From a bacterium (GTDB lineage: Bacteria > Patescibacteriota > Minisyncoccia > Moranbacterales > GWC2-37-73): a DNA stretch of 64,000 bases. Numbering within the stretch: the first letter of the stretch is position 1; the number at the start of each line of letters is the position of its first letter. Made by a program: the position numbers and the translations under genes. The notes under the pieces were generated by a model. That model saw nothing but the letters and a program-made list of their open reading frames with translations. It had not been told where the DNA came from and did no database searches. The DNA is taken from the NCBI GenBank assembly GCA_003251635.1, contig QKEW01000011.1, forward strand, positions 39,411 to 103,410. Direction: 5' to 3'. This document shows positions 26,721 through 37,046 of this stretch, piece by piece.

Positions 26721-28577
26721 ATGGAGAAAAAAGAATCCGGTGAGTTTGAAAAATACCGCCAGGAAGTTGAAAAAGAGGTAGCGGCGGTCAAGATAAAAAT
26801 CGAAAAAGCCAGAAAGGAGTCCATTGGAATCAAATGGGCTGATTATGTTTTGGAAAAAATTCGCCAAGAGATTAAGGATAGTCTTGGCAGTGATTTGACC
26901 TTGAAAGATGATTTGATTGAATTGGTTTTGCCGCCCGCCCATGTTAAAGACGCTGATCTGTCTTGGGCGATTTTTGAGCTGGCTAAAAAAAATCAGGAAA
27001 ATCCAGCCAAGCTGGCAGAAAAAATTGCGCAAAAATTGAATGATTCCGAAGGTGATTTGATTGGAGAGGTTCAAACGGCCGGAGCTTTTGTTAATCTGAA
27101 ATTGCAAGTTGATAAGGTTTATTCTCAAATAATTTTGCAAATTTCCCGGTTAGGTGAAGACTATGGTCAAAGCGACTTGAATCAGGGAAAAGTGGCGGTG
27201 ATTGATTATTCCTCACCCAACATTGCCAAGCCGATCGGGGTGGGTCATTTGCGCTCCACTATTATTGGGCAAGCATTGGCTAATCTCTATCGTCGAACCG
27301 GCTATCAGGTTGTTTGTGATAATCACTTGGGAGATTGGGGCACCCAATTCGGCTCATTGATTTGGGCCTATCAAAATTGGGGCGACGAGGAAAAAATCGT
27401 TCAAAATCCAATTGAGGAATTGAAGAATCTCTATGTTAGGTTTCACGGTGAGTCTCAAGAAAAACCGGAAATTAAGGATGAAGCGCGCGAACTTTTTGCC
27501 CGATTGGAAAATGGTGATGCTAAAATGCTGGAACTTTGGAAACGTTTTCGAGATCTGAGCCTTCAGGATTTTGGTCGGGTCTATGAAAAATTGGGAGTGA
27601 AATTTGATTTGAATATTGGCGAAAGTTATTTTGTTGATCAGGCGGATGGATTGGTGGAGGAGTGTTTGAAAAAAGGCCTTTGCCAGAAAGCCCAAGACAG
27701 TGATGCGATTGTGGTTGAAGACTTGGACGGGTTGCCTTCATTTTTGCTGCGAAAAAATGATGGAACGAGCTTGTATTTATCACGTGACTTGGCGACCTTG
27801 ATTTTTCGTATCCAAAATTTTCAGCCCGAATCAATTCTCTATGTGGTTGGCAGCGAACAAGATTTAAATTTCAAACAATTTTTTGCTTTGGCTAAAAAGG
27901 CTGGTTATCTGTCAGACGGAGTTGAAGCTAAGCATATTAGCTTTGGTATGGTGACGGTGAATGGCAAGAAAATGTCGACTCGTCGGGGAACTTTGATTGA
28001 GTTGGATAAATTGATGGCTGAGTCGATTCAAAAATCGCGAGAGATTTTGCAAACCAAAGGCGAAGAGACTGACCCGGTTGAGTTGGAAAAAACAGCTGAA
28101 GTGGTTGGAATCGGGGCGATTATTTATAATGATCTGCGTCAATCTCGAGTTAAAAACATTTCTTTTGATTGGAAAAGGATGCTGGATCTGGAAGGAGCCA
28201 GTGCGGTTTATTTGCAATATTCCTATGTTCGAATTCAGTCGATTTTACGCAAGGCAACTGATGGATTTTCAGGCGATTTTGAGCAAAAGATTGAAAGGGC
28301 TAATTTTGAAAAGAGGTGCGAATTTGATTTGGCTCGCAAGCTGATGTTTTTTCCTGAAATTATCGCTAGGGCGCAAAAGACAGACGGTCCGCATCATTTG
28401 TGCGGTTATCTGGAGGAGTTGGCCATTTTGTTTAACAGTTTTTATAATGAAGTTCCGATTTTGAAAACTGAAGATGAGATTTTGCGCAGTTCTCGCTTGA
28501 GTTTGAGTTGGAGCGTGAGCAAGGTTTTGAAAATTGGTCTAAATTTGCTTAGTATTGATTTGCCGGAAAGGATGTAA
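26721..28577 (+). CDS. argS: Arginine--tRNA ligase
   Basis: Motifs DYSSPNIAKPIGVGHLRS, NHLGDWGTQFG, GESYF, KMSTRRG and YLQYSYVRIQSI; ends in PERM. Confidence 0.96.
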   Translation: MEKKESGEFEKYRQEVEKEVAAVKIKIEKARKESIGIKWADYVLEKIRQEIKDSLGSDLTLKDDLIELVLPPAHVKDADLSWAIFELAKKNQENPAKLAEKIAQKLNDSEGDLIGEVQTAGAFVNLKLQVDKVYSQIILQISRLGEDYGQSDLNQGKVAVIDYSSPNIAKPIGVGHLRSTIIGQALANLYRRTGYQVVCDNHLGDWGTQFGSLIWAYQNWGDEEKIVQNPIEELKNLYVRFHGESQEKPEIKDEARELFARLENGDAKMLELWKRFRDLSLQDFGRVYEKLGVKFDLNIGESYFVDQADGLVEECLKKGLCQKAQDSDAIVVEDLDGLPSFLLRKNDGTSLYLSRDLATLIFRIQNFQPESILYVVGSEQDLNFKQFFALAKKAGYLSDGVEAKHISFGMVTVNGKKMSTRRGTLIELDKLMAESIQKSREILQTKGEETDPVELEKTAEVVGIGAIIYNDLRQSRVKNISFDWKRMLDLEGASAVYLQYSYVRIQSILRKATDGFSGDFEQKIERANFEKRCEFDLARKLMFFPEIIARAQKTDGPHHLCGYLEELAILFNSFYNEVPILKTEDEILRSSRLSLSWSVSKVLKIGLNLLSIDLPERM

Positions 28578-28617
28578 TTTTTCCACAATTATTGTGATTT
28601 AAATTAGTTTTGAAGAT

Positions 28618-29799
28618 ATGAAAAAAAAGAAACAGCGAAAAAAAGATTTGCTGGCCACCTTTTTTCTAATAGGCTGCGCTTTGTTTAGCTTGGGGGCCTA
28701 TTATTTTTTGGCGAGTGAAAAAAAGACTAATATTTTAGACGGTCGCGAAGTTGAAATTGAAAATATTGAACAAAGCGGATTGGGAATAATGGATGAAATT
28801 GAAGAGGAAATTCTGGAAAACGATGCTGAAAATTTACAAGTAATTGAATTGGATGAAGAAAGTGAAACGGAGACGGAAAATCCAGCAATAGAAGTGGGAG
28901 GATTGGAGGTGGATGAATCTTTGATTGGAGATAATGTTCTTTTTCCGGCCAGGGCTTTCTCGGTCCCTAAAGTCAAAAGAAATGATCCAGATGAAATTCG
29001 AATCGGTTTTATTACTGATTTGCATGTTCGCAGTGATGCGGATGAGATTGGCAATCGTTATTTTAAGCAAAGATTTACTGATCGAATCAACTATTTTGTG
29101 GAAAAAATGAATGATGATTTTGTGCCCAATTTTATTTTGGTTGATGGGGATTTGATTGAAGGCACCAATGTTTCTCCGGACAAGGGTTTTGTGGAGTTGT
29201 CTTTAATAAAGCAACTTTTTGATCAAACTATTTTGTCAAAATATTGGGTGATTGGTAATCATGATTTGCGCTCGGTAAACAAAGAACAATTCAAAAAAGC
29301 TTTGGATATTGATTATACTAGTAAAGCTTTTGAAGTTGGAAATTATAAGATTATAATTTTGGATAGTAATTTTGATGAAAATGACGAAGATATTGTTCCG
29401 GGTGAATATTATACGCGCGGGCATCTGTCCCAATATCAGATTAATTTTCTCGAGAATGAGTCGAAAAATACCGACAAGCGAGTTTTGGTTTTTGTTCATC
29501 ATCCAATACTGTGGGATATGAACGGCTTGTCTAATAACAAGTTTCCAGATAATACACTGAAAGTTCGGGAAATTTTTTCTGAAAATAGCGTCCTGGGAGT
29601 TTTCTCTGGGCATATCGAAGATTTATTTTTTGGTAAAATGGACGGAGTGAACTATTTCGTTTCACCTGGAATTGAGAAAAATGAGAAATACCAAGGAACT
29701 TTCTGTGAAATTACCATCAAAAAAAGCAAAATAACCATTGAAATGACTTATCTGAAAAAAGGTAAATATAAAACTGTGAAAATTGAAAGAGAGGAATAA
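28618..29799 (+). CDS. Membrane-anchored calcineurin-like metallophosphoesterase
   Basis: Motifs TDLH, GDL, GNHD, HHP and SGHI; N-terminal TM and an acidic linker. Confidence 0.88.
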   Translation: MKKKKQRKKDLLATFFLIGCALFSLGAYYFLASEKKTNILDGREVEIENIEQSGLGIMDEIEEEILENDAENLQVIELDEESETETENPAIEVGGLEVDESLIGDNVLFPARAFSVPKVKRNDPDEIRIGFITDLHVRSDADEIGNRYFKQRFTDRINYFVEKMNDDFVPNFILVDGDLIEGTNVSPDKGFVELSLIKQLFDQTILSKYWVIGNHDLRSVNKEQFKKALDIDYTSKAFEVGNYKIIILDSNFDENDEDIVPGEYYTRGHLSQYQINFLENESKNTDKRVLVFVHHPILWDMNGLSNNKFPDNTLKVREIFSENSVLGVFSGHIEDLFFGKMDGVNYFVSPGIEKNEKYQGTFCEITIKKSKITIEMTYLKKGKYKTVKIEREE

Positions 29800-29822
29800 A
29801 TCTTTTTTCTGGCCTTTTATTC

Positions 29823-29850
29823 TTGACATTTTCAAAAGACCTGTTAATAT
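29823..29850 (+). promoter_or_regulatory. Promoter upstream of the structured RNA candidate
   Basis: TTGACA (29823) - 16 bp - extended -10 TGtTAATAT (29842-29850). Confidence 0.6.
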
Positions 29851-29869
29851 AGTTGCAGATCTTTTTCAT

Positions 29870-30207
29870 AACGAGGTCGTGGCCTTTGGTCACGGTTTTA
29901 TCTAGTGATCGGGGGCTCTTCGGGTAGGGGGGATTGCTAGATAAAATGGAATTGGGTGTGTCTAGGTTTATTTTTTAGCTCATCCAATTCTACCTCGGCC
30001 GTTTAAAGTCTTGCTTGCGCGCTATTACTTCCAAACCGTTCGGTTGTTCGATTAACAACACCTGCTAGCGGAATTGGTCTGTTAGAGGGGTGTGCGAAGT
30101 GTGCGCGCAAGCAAGTTAATGAAAAAACAAACCTTGATAGGTCAACATGGGGTTCATGATTTGAACCCGTAATGTTATCGTTGAAGCTATCAAGGTTTTT
30201 ATTTTTG
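29870..30207 (+). ncRNA. Candidate structured noncoding RNA of unassigned class (three folded domains)
   Basis: Long stems with G-U pairs favouring the + strand: 29896-29910/29932-29946, 29949-29958/29981-29990, 30010-30022/30103-30115 and 30129-30140/30187-30198. GC-richer than its flanks; U-tail at the end. Confidence 0.7.
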
Positions 30208-30260
30208 CTTGAAACCCTTGGGACCTTTTGAGGATTTTGAAAAAATGATATAATTTGAAC

Positions 30261-31382
30261 ATGAAAATCGGAATTGATGCGCGTTTTTTCGGACCCATTG
30301 GCAAGGGTCTGGGACGCTATGCGCAAAAACTAATTGAAAATCTGGAGAAAGTTGATCAGGAAAATGACTATGTCATTTTTTTGCGCAAGGAAAATTTTGC
30401 CGACTATGTGCCAAAATCACCAAACTTTAAGAAGGTCTTAGCTGATTATCGCTGGTATGGTTTTGGTGAACAACTTTTTTTTCCAATTTTGCTCTATCGG
30501 CAACGTCTGGATGTCATGCATTTTCCGCATTTCAATGTCCCGCTTTTGTATCGCAAAAAAATAATAGTGACCATTCATGATCTGATTTTGTTGCATTTCC
30601 CAACTTTGCGAGGCACAACCTTGAGCCCGCTTTGGTATAAGATAAAATTTTTAGCCTACAAGCTAACGATCGGATCTGCTTTGCGTCGAGCCCGAAAAAT
30701 TATTGCAGTTTCCCAGTCGACTAAAAAAGACATTTTGAAAAATTATTCGATAAGTCCGGAAAAAATTGATGTGACTCATGAGGCGGTTGATCCTCTTTGC
30801 TATTTTTCGCTAGAGTCGACAGATAAAGTTTTGGAAAGATATGGAATAATTGGCCCCTATCTTCTCTATGTTGGCAATGCTTATCCGCATAAAAATTTGG
30901 AAAAATTGATCGAGGTTTTTGCTCGGTTGAGAAAAAATAAATCTGAAATGAATTTAGTTTTGGTTGGAAAGGAAGATTTTTTTTATCGACGACTCAAGGA
31001 GTTGGTCGAGAAAAATGAAATCAAGGGGGTGATTTTTCCTGGGTTTATTTCAGATGAGGATTTGAGTTCGGTTTATCGCCGGTGTGAAGCCTATGTTTTT
31101 CCTTCTTTGTATGAGGGGTTTGGTTTGCCGCCGTTGGAAGCAATGCTTTTGGGGGTGCCAGTTTTGAGCAGCGATCATTTTTGTATGAAAGAGGTTTTAG
31201 GCGAAAGTGCACTTTTTTGTGACGCAAAAAATAACGAATCATTATTGAAAGGCCTGGAAAGAATAATAGATGATCAAGCTCTGCGAAAGAATTTGATTGA
31301 AAAAGGTTATCTCCAGAGTCTTTTATATAGTTGGCAACAGATGGCTGGGCAAACGCAAAAAAATTACCAGGAAATAAAATAA
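30261..31382 (+). CDS. Glycosyltransferase family 4
   Basis: Motifs KIGIDAR, VTIHDL, YVGNAYPHKN and FPSLYEGFGLPPLEA. Confidence 0.92.
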   Translation: MKIGIDARFFGPIGKGLGRYAQKLIENLEKVDQENDYVIFLRKENFADYVPKSPNFKKVLADYRWYGFGEQLFFPILLYRQRLDVMHFPHFNVPLLYRKKIIVTIHDLILLHFPTLRGTTLSPLWYKIKFLAYKLTIGSALRRARKIIAVSQSTKKDILKNYSISPEKIDVTHEAVDPLCYFSLESTDKVLERYGIIGPYLLYVGNAYPHKNLEKLIEVFARLRKNKSEMNLVLVGKEDFFYRRLKELVEKNEIKGVIFPGFISDEDLSSVYRRCEAYVFPSLYEGFGLPPLEAMLLGVPVLSSDHFCMKEVLGESALFCDAKNNESLLKGLERIIDDQALRKNLIEKGYLQSLLYSWQQMAGQTQKNYQEIK

Positions 31383-31395
31383 AAACAGAAAGATT

Positions 31396-33969
31396 GTGAG
31401 CAAGAAAAGAATAATAAAACCTATGTTTGATATTCGTCCGGTTGATCCTAAGACCGGTGATTTGGATTGGGAAAAAATAAGAAAAGTTAGTCAAAATGCC
31501 AACATTAGGAATTTTGTTCGTGAATATAATAAAAGCGCAAAACCCAGCTCGGCTGATCTTTCGAAAAAAAATCTTGAAAATGGTTCCAGGGAAAAAATAA
31601 ATAAAAAAACCTCCAAAGATAATAAATTCCAAAAAATTAAAGAGGTGGCTCGAAATCAGGAGAATATAGATAATGCTCCGCCAGTTCATCCAGCCTTTTT
31701 TGATAAAAAGAGAAAAACAGTCCCAGCTGCCAAATTGGATCGCATAAGAAAAAGGGCGGAAAAAAAGTTTCTAAAAAGTCAAAAAAATCAAGAAAAATTT
31801 GCTCGCAACTTTCATAAAAGAAAAGAGAAAGAACGAAAACGATTTGAAAAACAACTTTCTCACGAAGAAAAGAAGAAAAATAAAAAATTATCCAAGTTTG
31901 AAAAAAAGAACCCTCAAAAAGATTCGATCGGCCGCCTTTTTTTCGAGGACATGGCATTTTCTTTCAAAAAAGAAAGTCGTGGAAACCAAAAGAGTTTTAG
32001 GATTTTTATCGTTTTGCTTTTATTTTTTGCTTTACTGATTGGTTTGCTTTCTTTGGGTTACTGGGGATTAAAGATAAAAAACAACGCTTTAATTTTTAGT
32101 CAGGACGGATATTTCAATATAAAATTAGCCGTAAGTCAGGTTAGTCGGCAAAACTTTGAAGACTCTCAGAAAAATTTTTCACAGGCTGCCATTTCCTTCC
32201 AAAAAGCTTCAGAGGAGGTCGGTCAGATGGGAACTGTCGTGGAAAAAGTTTCTCGTTTCTTTCCCTATCTTTCCAAAGTTTCTTCTGCTAAGAATGTTTT
32301 AGAGGCGGCTAATCATCTTTCTTTGGCTGGAACTAAAATCAACGAAATTGTCGAGGAGGTTTTTGCGCTCAAGAATCTTTCGGATAAAGGACAGATTTCC
32401 ATGTTGGAAGAGTTGAAGAAAGCGACTTTGAAGTTGGAGACAGTGCGATCCGAGTTGTCAGTGGCTCAGAAAAATATCGATTTGGTTAAAGTGGATGATT
32501 TGCCTGAAGAATTTCGAGAAAAGTTTGTTTTACTAAAAACCGAATTGCCAGACATGATCAGTTTGACGGATTCCTTTTTGAATAATGGTTATATTTTTTC
32601 CGACATGCTTGGTAGTCAAGGCCCGCGAAAATATCTATTTTTATTTCAAAACAACAATGAGATGAGAGCTACGGGCGGATTTATCGGAAGTTATGGTCTT
32701 TTGGATATTTCCAATGGTCGAGTGAAAAATTTTTTTATTGACGGGATTTTTAATCCGGATGGACAATTGATTGATAAGGTTGTTCCGCCAGAGCCAATTC
32801 AGAAGATTAGTGCCGCTTGGAGTTTGCACGATAGTAATTGGTTTGCTGATTTTCCAACTTCAGCTCAGGAGGCGATTGTGTTTTACGAGAAAACCGGTGG
32901 TCCAACCGTTGATGGCGTGATCACCTTGACGCCGACAGTTTTGCAAAAATTATTGAAAGTCACCGGGCCAATTGAAATGCCTGACTATGATGTGATTTTA
33001 GATAGTGATAATTTCATAGAAAAAACCCAATATGAAGTTGAAGTTGATTATGATAAAGAAGAAAATAAGCCCAAAGAAATTTTATCTGATCTGGCTCCAA
33101 TATTGTTGGATAGAATTTCCAAAACAACTGAGCCGGAAAAGGTTTTGGGATTTTTGAAGGTTTTATCGGATAGTCTCAAGGAAAAACACATTTTGATTTA
33201 TTCGGAGAATGCTGATTTGCAAAAAATAATTTCCCAGCAGGGCTGGTCGGGTGAAATTCTTGATTCTCAAAAAGATTACCTGAGTGTGGTAAACACGAAT
33301 ATAAATGGATTCAAAACGGATGGAGTTATTGAGGAAGATATTAATCAGGAGGTTGAAATTTCTGATGACGGGTCGATTGTGGATACGGTTTCCATTACGC
33401 GGCGGCATAATGGCGGAGACACTCCCTATGAATGGTGGAACAAGGTTAATGCTAATTATTTAAGAATTTATGTCCCCTTAGATTCGGAGCTGATTAGCGT
33501 TGAAGGCCAAACTCGCGAATTTGTTGAGCCGCCTTTGGATTATGACAAACTGGGATTCAAACGAGACGAAGCGGTTCAGCAAGAAGCAGATTCTATTTTA
33601 CTCGACGAGCAAACTAACACGCGAATTTATCAGCAAAATGGCAAGACGGTTTTTGCTAATTGGACTTATGTTAGTCCAGGAGAAGAAGTAACAGTGGTTT
33701 ATAAATATAAATTACCTTTCCGTCTTTTTTCAGCCATGTTCAATTCTTCCTTAAAAAATCAGGTTGATTCCTACTCATTATTAGTGCAAAAACAATCCGG
33801 TAGCTTGGGAAGTGATTTCAATTTGAATTTAACCTATCCTTCAAACTATCAAATTGATTGGACTCAACCGAATAATTCTTCTCAGGAAAGTCAGACTTTT
33901 TCATTGACTGAAAAGCTGGATATTGATAGATTTATCGGAGTTGTTTTTGAGAAAGATTTGGAAAATTAA
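31396..33969 (+). CDS. DUF4012-domain protein with a long basic cytoplasmic N-terminus
   Basis: Motifs LFQNNNEMRATGGFIGSY, HDSNWFADFP, DGVITL and YLRIYVP; single TM at about aa 203-225. Confidence 0.85.
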   Translation: MSKKRIIKPMFDIRPVDPKTGDLDWEKIRKVSQNANIRNFVREYNKSAKPSSADLSKKNLENGSREKINKKTSKDNKFQKIKEVARNQENIDNAPPVHPAFFDKKRKTVPAAKLDRIRKRAEKKFLKSQKNQEKFARNFHKRKEKERKRFEKQLSHEEKKKNKKLSKFEKKNPQKDSIGRLFFEDMAFSFKKESRGNQKSFRIFIVLLLFFALLIGLLSLGYWGLKIKNNALIFSQDGYFNIKLAVSQVSRQNFEDSQKNFSQAAISFQKASEEVGQMGTVVEKVSRFFPYLSKVSSAKNVLEAANHLSLAGTKINEIVEEVFALKNLSDKGQISMLEELKKATLKLETVRSELSVAQKNIDLVKVDDLPEEFREKFVLLKTELPDMISLTDSFLNNGYIFSDMLGSQGPRKYLFLFQNNNEMRATGGFIGSYGLLDISNGRVKNFFIDGIFNPDGQLIDKVVPPEPIQKISAAWSLHDSNWFADFPTSAQEAIVFYEKTGGPTVDGVITLTPTVLQKLLKVTGPIEMPDYDVILDSDNFIEKTQYEVEVDYDKEENKPKEILSDLAPILLDRISKTTEPEKVLGFLKVLSDSLKEKHILIYSENADLQKIISQQGWSGEILDSQKDYLSVVNTNINGFKTDGVIEEDINQEVEISDDGSIVDTVSITRRHNGGDTPYEWWNKVNANYLRIYVPLDSELISVEGQTREFVEPPLDYDKLGFKRDEAVQQEADSILLDEQTNTRIYQQNGKTVFANWTYVSPGEEVTVVYKYKLPFRLFSAMFNSSLKNQVDSYSLLVQKQSGSLGSDFNLNLTYPSNYQIDWTQPNNSSQESQTFSLTEKLDIDRFIGVVFEKDLEN

Positions 33970-33975
33970 ATAAAT

Positions 33976-35619
33976 ATGATCAGTAAATTAGCGAAAAACA
34001 ATTTTTTTAATGGCCGAGCTATCGGATCAATTGTGCAAGCTGCCATGATAATTTCTTTGATGGGAATAGCCAGTCGAGTCCTGGGTCTTTTTCGTGATCG
34101 AATCTTGGCTTCAACTTTTGGCGCTGGAGACATTTTGGATGCTTACTACGCTGCTTTTCGGGTTCCTGATTTGATTTATAGTCTTTTGATTTCCGGAGCT
34201 TTGAGCGCAGCTTTTATTCCGGTTTTTACTCAATTGATTTCTCATGGAAAAGAAAAGAAAGCTTGGGATTTAGCCAGTGGTATTTTGAATATCCAAATTG
34301 TTTTTATGGGTCTTTTGGCTTTGATTTTGTCCTTGTTTGCACCTTTTCTGATGAAATTGATCACACCTGGTTTTGAGGGTCCGAAAATGGATCTGACCGT
34401 TAACTTAACCAGAATCATGTTTTTAAGTCCGATAATTTTGGGGATTAGCGGAATTTTTGGCGGAATTCTAGTTTCGATGAAGAAATTTTTTGTCTATTCT
34501 TTGGCGCCGATAATGTATAATTTAGGAATAATTTTCGGGGCGGTTTTTTTGGTTAAGATTTTGGGTCCAGCTGGTTTGGCCTGGGGTGTGGTTTTAGGGG
34601 CTGTTCTTCATATGCTAATTCAATATCCAGCGGTAAAATTTTCCGGTTTCAATTTGAGGGTGAATTTTTCCCAGATTTTTCACAGCAAAGAAGCTTTGCA
34701 AATTTTCCACTTGATGATTCCAAGAGTGTTGGGGGTAGCCATAAACCAGGTTAATTTTTTGGTTATTACGATTTTTGCCTCAACTTTGGCGGCGGGCAGT
34801 TTGGCTATTTTTAATTTTGCTAACAATATCCAAAGCGTACCCCTGGGTCTTTTTGGAATATCTTTTGCCATTGCAGCTTTTCCAACTTTAAGTACCCATT
34901 ATGCCAAAAATGAGGAGAAAGAATTTATCAATGTTTTTTCTAAAACTTTGCGCCAAATTCTTTTTTTTGTGATTCCTTTCAGTGTTTTGATTTATGTGCT
35001 TAGAGCTCAAATTGTTCGGGTTATTTTGGGTAGTGGAAATTTTGACTGGGAAGATACGATTTTAACTTTCAACACGCTGGGAATTTTGGCCTTGAGTTTA
35101 TTTGCCCAATCCTTGATTCCGCTTTTAGCTCGGGCTTTTTATGCTATTTGCAATACCAAGACACCTTTTTATGTGGCGCTTTTTTCCGAAGCGATTAACA
35201 TTGCTCTGGTTGTTTGGCTTATCGGTGAGTATAAAATTTTGGGTCTGGCCATAGCTTTTTCAGTCTCCAGTTTGGTCAACATGCTTTTGTTGGTTGTTTT
35301 GTTGGGTAAAAAATTTCATTACTTAAAAGAAATTAATAGCAAACAAACAATTTTAAAGATAATTTTGGCTTCTTTGCTGGCTGGCTTGGCGGCTCAAATT
35401 GGAAAAATTTTAGTTGGGACGCGAGGCGAGCTGGATACTTTTTTGGAAATCCTAGTTCAGCTGATTTTGGCTGGAGGACTAGGTTTTGGAATCTTTGCTA
35501 TAAGTTGCTATTTTTTAAAGGTGGAAGAATTTTTCAGTTTTGCCAATTCGATCGGTCGAAAAATTTTTCGAAGTAAAAAATACATAAATGAAAGCACAAC
35601 GGATGTTACGGGACTTTAG
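33976..35619 (+). CDS. murJ: Lipid II flippase MurJ (MviN)
   Basis: Motifs SRVLGLFRD, DAYYAAFRVPD, GALSAAFIPVF and RAFYA..NTKTP. Confidence 0.93.
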   Translation: MISKLAKNNFFNGRAIGSIVQAAMIISLMGIASRVLGLFRDRILASTFGAGDILDAYYAAFRVPDLIYSLLISGALSAAFIPVFTQLISHGKEKKAWDLASGILNIQIVFMGLLALILSLFAPFLMKLITPGFEGPKMDLTVNLTRIMFLSPIILGISGIFGGILVSMKKFFVYSLAPIMYNLGIIFGAVFLVKILGPAGLAWGVVLGAVLHMLIQYPAVKFSGFNLRVNFSQIFHSKEALQIFHLMIPRVLGVAINQVNFLVITIFASTLAAGSLAIFNFANNIQSVPLGLFGISFAIAAFPTLSTHYAKNEEKEFINVFSKTLRQILFFVIPFSVLIYVLRAQIVRVILGSGNFDWEDTILTFNTLGILALSLFAQSLIPLLARAFYAICNTKTPFYVALFSEAINIALVVWLIGEYKILGLAIAFSVSSLVNMLLLVVLLGKKFHYLKEINSKQTILKIILASLLAGLAAQIGKILVGTRGELDTFLEILVQLILAGGLGFGIFAISCYFLKVEEFFSFANSIGRKIFRSKKYINESTTDVTGL

Positions 35620-35756
35620 GGATTTTTTGCGGATAATCTTTTAGCTATTTCATGCTTTCTTTTTTGTTTTTTTAGTTTTTTGAATTTTGTGCTAAAATAA
35701 TATTGAAAGTCAGCTCGATTTTTGTCTGATTTGAAATAAAAAGTAAAAGGAAAAGC

Positions 35757-37031
35757 ATGGATAAAATAAAGGAGATATTTGGAAGAGAAATTTTAGATTC
35801 ACGTGGAAATCCAACGGTTGAAGTTACTGTGGAGCTGGAGAGCGGAATTTTAGCTACAGCAGCTGTTCCATCTGGAGCATCAACCGGTAGTTTTGAGGCT
35901 TGGGAGCTGCGTGATGAAGATGAAAATCGTTATGGGGGAAAAGGAGTTTTGAAAGCTTTGGAGAATATTGAAAAAATTATCCAGCCGGCGTTGATTGGAA
36001 AAAGCGTTAGAAATCAGCGAGAGATCGACGAAAAGATGCTGGAATTGGATGGGACTGAAAATAAGTCGAAATTGGGAGCCAATGCTATTTTGGGTGTTTC
36101 TCTGGCTGTTTGCAAGGCAGCAGCTCTTTTTGAAAAAAAACCTTTATATGAATATATCGCTGAAATTTTTGGTAACAGTGGACAGAAGTTGACCCTGCCA
36201 ATCCCGATGTTTAATGTGTTAAATGGCGGACAACATGCTGATTCTGGTTTGAGTATTCAGGAATTCAAGGTGGTTCCGAATGGAATTGAAACTTTTACTA
36301 AAAAACTACAAGCTGGCAGTGAAATTTTTCATCAGTTGCAAAAAATTTTAAAGGAACAGGGTTATAGCACGGGAGTTGGTGATGAAGGTGGTTTTGCTCC
36401 GAAATTGGAAAGCAATTCTAAAGCTTTGGAAGTTATAAATTTGGCAATTGAAAAAAGCGGATATGCCTTGGGCGGCCAAGTTAATTTAGGCTTGGACGTG
36501 GCAGCTAATTCTTTTTATCGAACTGACGAGAATAACTATTTGCTTAAGCCTGAAGAAAAAACATTAAGCAAAGAAGAATTAGTTAATCTTTATGAGCAGT
36601 GGATTGAAAAATATCACATAATTTCCATCGAAGATGGTTTGAATGAAGACGATTGGCAAGGTTGGGCTCAAATGCGGAAAGAATTTGAGCAAAAATTGGG
36701 AGGAAAGGATATTATGTTGATTGGGGATGATCTTTTAGTGACCAATGTTAATCGTCTGAAAAAAGCAATTGAAAATGGTTCTTGTAATAGTGTGTTGATT
36801 AAGGTTAATCAGATTGGTTCATTGTCGGAAACTTTTGACTGTATCCATTTGGCTCAGGAAAATAAAATGCGAACAGTAATTTCTCATCGAAGCGGAGAGA
36901 CTACTGATGAGTTTATTGCGGATTTGGCAGTGGGGGTCGGAGCGGAATTTATTAAATCAGGTTCACTTTCTCGAGGGGAGAGAATTTGTAAATATAATCG
37001 ATTGCTAAAAATCGAACAAGAAATTAGTTGA
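35757..37031 (+). CDS. eno: Enolase
   Basis: Motifs REILDSRGNPTVE, PSGASTG, GDEGGFAP, KVNQIG and SHRSGET. Confidence 0.97.
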   Translation: MDKIKEIFGREILDSRGNPTVEVTVELESGILATAAVPSGASTGSFEAWELRDEDENRYGGKGVLKALENIEKIIQPALIGKSVRNQREIDEKMLELDGTENKSKLGANAILGVSLAVCKAAALFEKKPLYEYIAEIFGNSGQKLTLPIPMFNVLNGGQHADSGLSIQEFKVVPNGIETFTKKLQAGSEIFHQLQKILKEQGYSTGVGDEGGFAPKLESNSKALEVINLAIEKSGYALGGQVNLGLDVAANSFYRTDENNYLLKPEEKTLSKEELVNLYEQWIEKYHIISIEDGLNEDDWQGWAQMRKEFEQKLGGKDIMLIGDDLLVTNVNRLKKAIENGSCNSVLIKVNQIGSLSETFDCIHLAQENKMRTVISHRSGETTDEFIADLAVGVGAEFIKSGSLSRGERICKYNRLLKIEQEIS

Positions 37032-37046
37032 GTTAACTTAATCAAG

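Noticed and set aside
29870-30207. Assignment as tRNA, tmRNA, RNase P or SRP RNA
   Set aside because: A GTTCGATT stretch is present but without a tRNA cloverleaf or CCA end, and the conserved signatures of the other RNAs were not found by eye.
30003-30326. Minus-strand ORFs (107 aa and 62 aa) over the structured region
   Set aside because: They have no recognisable motifs and overlap the GT4 start antisense; extensive + strand pairing explains the region better.
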